24,607 nt of DNA. Origin: a bacterium (GTDB lineage: Bacteria; Zhuqueibacterota; Zhuqueibacteria; Oceanimicrobiales; Oceanimicrobiaceae). The position numbers and the translations under genes were made by a program. The stretch spans positions 1-24,607 of the forward strand of contig JBHIAC010000031.1 of assembly GCA_046758365.1 (NCBI GenBank), written 5' to 3'. Of the stretch, positions 20,653 through 24,607 are shown in pieces. Each line of letters starts with the position of its first letter. Within the stretch, counting starts at the first letter, position 1. Under the pieces are notes generated by a model. That model was given only the letters and a program-made list of their open reading frames with translations. It was not told the origin of the DNA and did no database searches.

Positions 20653-22110
20653 ATGATGAATTTGACTCAAAAACTCAGTTTGCAGTTGAGACAGTCGCCA
20701 CAACAGGTGTTACTATCTTCTTTGCTGCAGCTTCCAATTCTAAGTTTAGAACAAAAAATTAAGCTTGAATTAGAATTGAATCCGCTTTTAGAACTCGATG
20801 AGCAGTTGGACATGGAATTAGAAGAAGAGATGGAAGAAGAACTTGAACAAGCTATTGAATCGGAAACTAAAGAGGAAGAAAAAGATGGAGAAGCAGAAGT
20901 AGAAGTAGAAAATGATGCTATGGATGATTTTGAAAGCGAACAAGTAGATTGGGATACCATTTTAAATGATGAAGATAATTATGATTATCGAATACCCAAA
21001 GATGAAAGTGCGATTACATTTGAGCGACCAGAAGTTGCACAAACCACGCTGCCAGAACACCTTTTAAGTCAGCTTCATTTAACAAATTTATCTGAAAAGG
21101 AGATGGTAATTGGAGAATATATTATATGGAATATAAATGAAGGGGGGTATTTAACTTTTTCGGTGGATCATATTGCAGAAAACTTAAATGCTACGACCAG
21201 CGAGGTAGAAAAAGTATTGAAAGTTATACAACAGTTTGACCCTCTGGGTATTGGGGCAAGAAATCTTCAGGAGTGTCTGTTGATACAAATGCAGGAGAAA
21301 GATCCTAATAATACCATTGCAATTACTATTCTTCGAGATCATTTTGATGATTTCACCAATAAACGATACGAAAAAATCACTACAAAAATGGATATTACCT
21401 TAGATGATATACGTCATGCAATAGAAGTAATAACCAAACTGAACCCTAAACCAGGTGAAGGCTATATGCTTTACCACCAAAATGTAGTATTACCTGACTT
21501 AATTGTAGAAAGAGACAATGGAGAATTTCGAATTATTATGAATGATTGGAACATTCCACATCTGAGAATAAATAATTCATACAAAAAATTATTATTAGAT
21601 AAAAAAAATACATCAAAAGAAACAAGAGATTATATTCGACAAAGTTTAGAATCGGCCCGCTGGCTAATTAATTCTATTCATCAAAGAAGGACGACAATAT
21701 TAAGGGTCATGGAAGCCATCATTGACAAACAGCGAGCTTTTTTTGAGAAAGGCAAAGAATATTTAAAGCCTATGATATTGAAGGACATTGCCGATGAAAT
21801 AGGCATGGATATTTCCACAATTAGCCGGGTAACCAACGGTAAATATGTCCAGACCGAGTTTGGAGTATTTGAATTAAAATACTTTTTTAGTGAAAGAATA
21901 AAAAGTGACGTTGGAGAAGATGTTTCAAACAAAACAATTAAATCCTTGATTAAAGATATCATCGAAGATGAAGATCCCAATAAACCTTACAACGACCAGA
22001 AAATAGCAGAGTTGTTAAAGGATAAAGGATTTAATGTTGCTCGACGGACCGTTGCGAAATATCGAGAACAAATGATGATTCCAGTGTCACGACTAAGAAG
22101 AAAAATTTGA
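20653..22110 (+). CDS. rpoN: RNA polymerase sigma-54 factor
   Basis: Gln/Leu-rich region I, acidic region II, DP.GIGARNLQECL, STISRVT.GKY, RpoN box ARRTVAKYRE. Confidence 0.98.
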   Translation: MMNLTQKLSLQLRQSPQQVLLSSLLQLPILSLEQKIKLELELNPLLELDEQLDMELEEEMEEELEQAIESETKEEEKDGEAEVEVENDAMDDFESEQVDWDTILNDEDNYDYRIPKDESAITFERPEVAQTTLPEHLLSQLHLTNLSEKEMVIGEYIIWNINEGGYLTFSVDHIAENLNATTSEVEKVLKVIQQFDPLGIGARNLQECLLIQMQEKDPNNTIAITILRDHFDDFTNKRYEKITTKMDITLDDIRHAIEVITKLNPKPGEGYMLYHQNVVLPDLIVERDNGEFRIIMNDWNIPHLRINNSYKKLLLDKKNTSKETRDYIRQSLESARWLINSIHQRRTTILRVMEAIIDKQRAFFEKGKEYLKPMILKDIADEIGMDISTISRVTNGKYVQTEFGVFELKYFFSERIKSDVGEDVSNKTIKSLIKDIIEDEDPNKPYNDQKIAELLKDKGFNVARRTVAKYREQMMIPVSRLRRKI

Positions 22111-22195
22111 TTATTTGTGTGTCATTTCGAACCCAGAATGTTTTCAGCGATTTTTCAGGTAGTATTTATTAAACAAAAATGAGTGAAAAAGAAGA

Positions 22196-22723
22196 ATGAT
22201 TAAAAGCACTACTATTTTGGGTGTACTAAACGAGGGGAAAGCTGCCTTAGGAGGTGACGGTCAGGTTACCTTTGGGGAATCCATATTAAAGCTGAAGGCA
22301 AAAAAAGTACGAAAAATCTATAATGATGCTGTTATAGCGGGATTCGCTGGAGCCTCTGCTGATGCCTTTACCCTTTTTGAGAAATTTGAAAAACGCCTAG
22401 AACAATATGGTGGTAATTTGAATCGTTCTGCTGTTGAACTGGCCAAAGAATGGCGTACAGATAAGTTTCTAAGACGGCTTGAGGCCCAGCTTATCGTAAT
22501 GAACAAAGAAAATATGTTCCTCATATCGGGAACTGGCGATGTGATTGAACCGGATGATCATATTATAGCCATTGGTTCTGGGGGTGGTTATGCCATGGCC
22601 GCAGCCCGTGCCTTAATGAAATTTTCAAGTTTAGATACAAAATCAATTGTTGAAGAATCTTTAAAATTAACTGCAGATATTTGTATCTATACAAATTCTG
22701 AACTGATTATCGAAGAATTATAA
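22196..22723 (+). CDS. hslV: ATP-dependent protease subunit HslV
   Basis: [56 protein letters not shown]. Confidence 0.97.
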   Translation: MIKSTTILGVLNEGKAALGGDGQVTFGESILKLKAKKVRKIYNDAVIAGFAGASADAFTLFEKFEKRLEQYGGNLNRSAVELAKEWRTDKFLRRLEAQLIVMNKENMFLISGTGDVIEPDDHIIAIGSGGGYAMAAARALMKFSSLDTKSIVEESLKLTADICIYTNSELIIEEL

Positions 22724-22737
22724 TAAAGGTTGATTAG

Positions 22738-24102
22738 ATGCAAGACATCAAGGAATTTACTCCGCGACAGATTGTTGAAGAGTTAGATAAATACGTAATC
22801 GGACAAGATAAAGCCAAAAAATCTGTGGCCATCGCTCTCAGAAATCGTTGGCGGCGAATGCAAGTCTCTGAAGGCCTGCGGGAAGAAATTATGCCTAATA
22901 ATATTATTTTAATTGGTCCGACAGGAGTGGGCAAAACAGAAATTGCTAGAAGATTAGCTCGGCTTGCTAATGCTCCATTTATAAAAATAGAAGCTTCAAA
23001 ATTCACAGAAGTTGGATATGTGGGGCGGGACGTAGAATCCATAATCAGGGATCTCACTGACTTAGCCGTCTCCATGGTTCGAGTTGAGAAAACCAGTCAA
23101 ATTCAAGATTTAGCCGAAAAGCATGCAAAAGAACGATTATTGGAAATCTTACTGCCTCCTCCTAAAACCAATAAGCGGGTTGGAATTGATACCACTGAAG
23201 AAGATGATTCTGAAGAACGTTACAAACGAACCCGTGAAAAAATAGAAAAGCAGTTAGATAACGGAGTGTTAGAAAACCGCATGGTAGAATTAAATGTGCA
23301 GAGTGAGCAATTTCCATTGATGCAAATTATCTCTCCTATGGGGGTTGAAGAAATGGGAGTTAATCTGCAAGATCTATTTGGTGGGATAATGCCCAAAAAG
23401 ACTAAACGACGGAAGATGAAAATAAAAGAGGCAAGACAACATCTCATTCAAGAAGAAGCCCAAAAGTTGATTGATATGGAACAGGTAGTTCAAGAAGCTA
23501 TCCAGCGGGTCCAAAATTCGGGCATTGTGTTCTTGGATGAAATTGATAAAATTGCTGGAGAAAACAGTAAAACAGGACCCGACGTTTCACGCGAGGGTGT
23601 TCAAAGAGATCTATTACCCGTGGTGGAAGGCACCAGTGTTTTTACTAAATATGGCATGGTTAAAACTGACCATGTTCTTTTTATCGCTTCTGGCGCTTTT
23701 CATGTCTCAAAGCCATCGGATTTAATCCCTGAACTACAAGGGCGTTTTCCTATCCGTGTGGAACTTTCTAGTTTAACGGCTGATGATTTTGTACGGATTC
23801 TCACTGAACCCGAAAATGCTTTAATTAAACAATATAGTGCTCTTTTAAAAACCGAGGGCGTAGATTTAGGATTTACAAAGGACGCCATTCGTGAAATTGC
23901 TAATATAGCAAACCAAGTGAATGAACGCACGGAAAATATAGGTGCAAGAAGGCTCCATACTGTTTTAACGGCGCTTTTGGAAGAAGTTTTGTTTAAAGTT
24001 CCCGATCTGGAAGTCAACGAGATAGAAATCACCCAAGATAAAGTTCGAGATACTCTTAAAGAAATTATAGAAGACGAAGATTTAAGCCGGTATATTTTGT
24101 AA
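22738..24102 (+). CDS. hslU: ATP-dependent protease ATPase subunit HslU
   Basis: [66 protein letters not shown]. Confidence 0.98.
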   Translation: MQDIKEFTPRQIVEELDKYVIGQDKAKKSVAIALRNRWRRMQVSEGLREEIMPNNIILIGPTGVGKTEIARRLARLANAPFIKIEASKFTEVGYVGRDVESIIRDLTDLAVSMVRVEKTSQIQDLAEKHAKERLLEILLPPPKTNKRVGIDTTEEDDSEERYKRTREKIEKQLDNGVLENRMVELNVQSEQFPLMQIISPMGVEEMGVNLQDLFGGIMPKKTKRRKMKIKEARQHLIQEEAQKLIDMEQVVQEAIQRVQNSGIVFLDEIDKIAGENSKTGPDVSREGVQRDLLPVVEGTSVFTKYGMVKTDHVLFIASGAFHVSKPSDLIPELQGRFPIRVELSSLTADDFVRILTEPENALIKQYSALLKTEGVDLGFTKDAIREIANIANQVNERTENIGARRLHTVLTALLEEVLFKVPDLEVNEIEITQDKVRDTLKEIIEDEDLSRYIL

Positions 24103-24109
24103 ATATTGA

Positions 24110-24607
<498 letters not shown>

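Noticed and set aside
20790..20990. GAA-rich low-complexity stretch
   Set aside because: It encodes the normal acidic region II of sigma-54 and is not a repeat array.

Overview
An AT-rich bacterial core-genome segment with every real gene on the + strand. The order is hutU, hutI, a tandem DNRLRE-like lipoprotein, a FadL/PorV-like beta-barrel, a secreted TPR protein, glyA, nrdR, tatC, dcd, PHP, MBL-fold and HD hydrolases, rng, rplU, rpmA, an internally deleted mdh, gatC, pyrG, lptC, lptA-like, lptB, rpoN, hslV, hslU and a partial argF. Gene content and protein features (GlyA insert, lipoprotein LptC, long multi-OstA LptA) suggest an FCB-superphylum diderm, possibly KSB1/Calditrichota-like; this is inference. 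I see no tRNA, rRNA, CRISPR array, transposase or integrase. The interesting signal lies in the intergenic DNA. (1) A decayed 5' stub of kdsB sits between gatC and pyrG, and there is no kdsA/kdsC/kdsD between pyrG and lptC, while the Lpt genes are intact, which hints at loss of Kdo synthesis. (2) An mdh is missing about two thirds of its length at an 11-nt junction that reads as conserved MDH residues in two frames. (3) There are two or three ~90-125 bp MITE-like elements with terminal inverted repeats. (4) The leader region before rng is structured.
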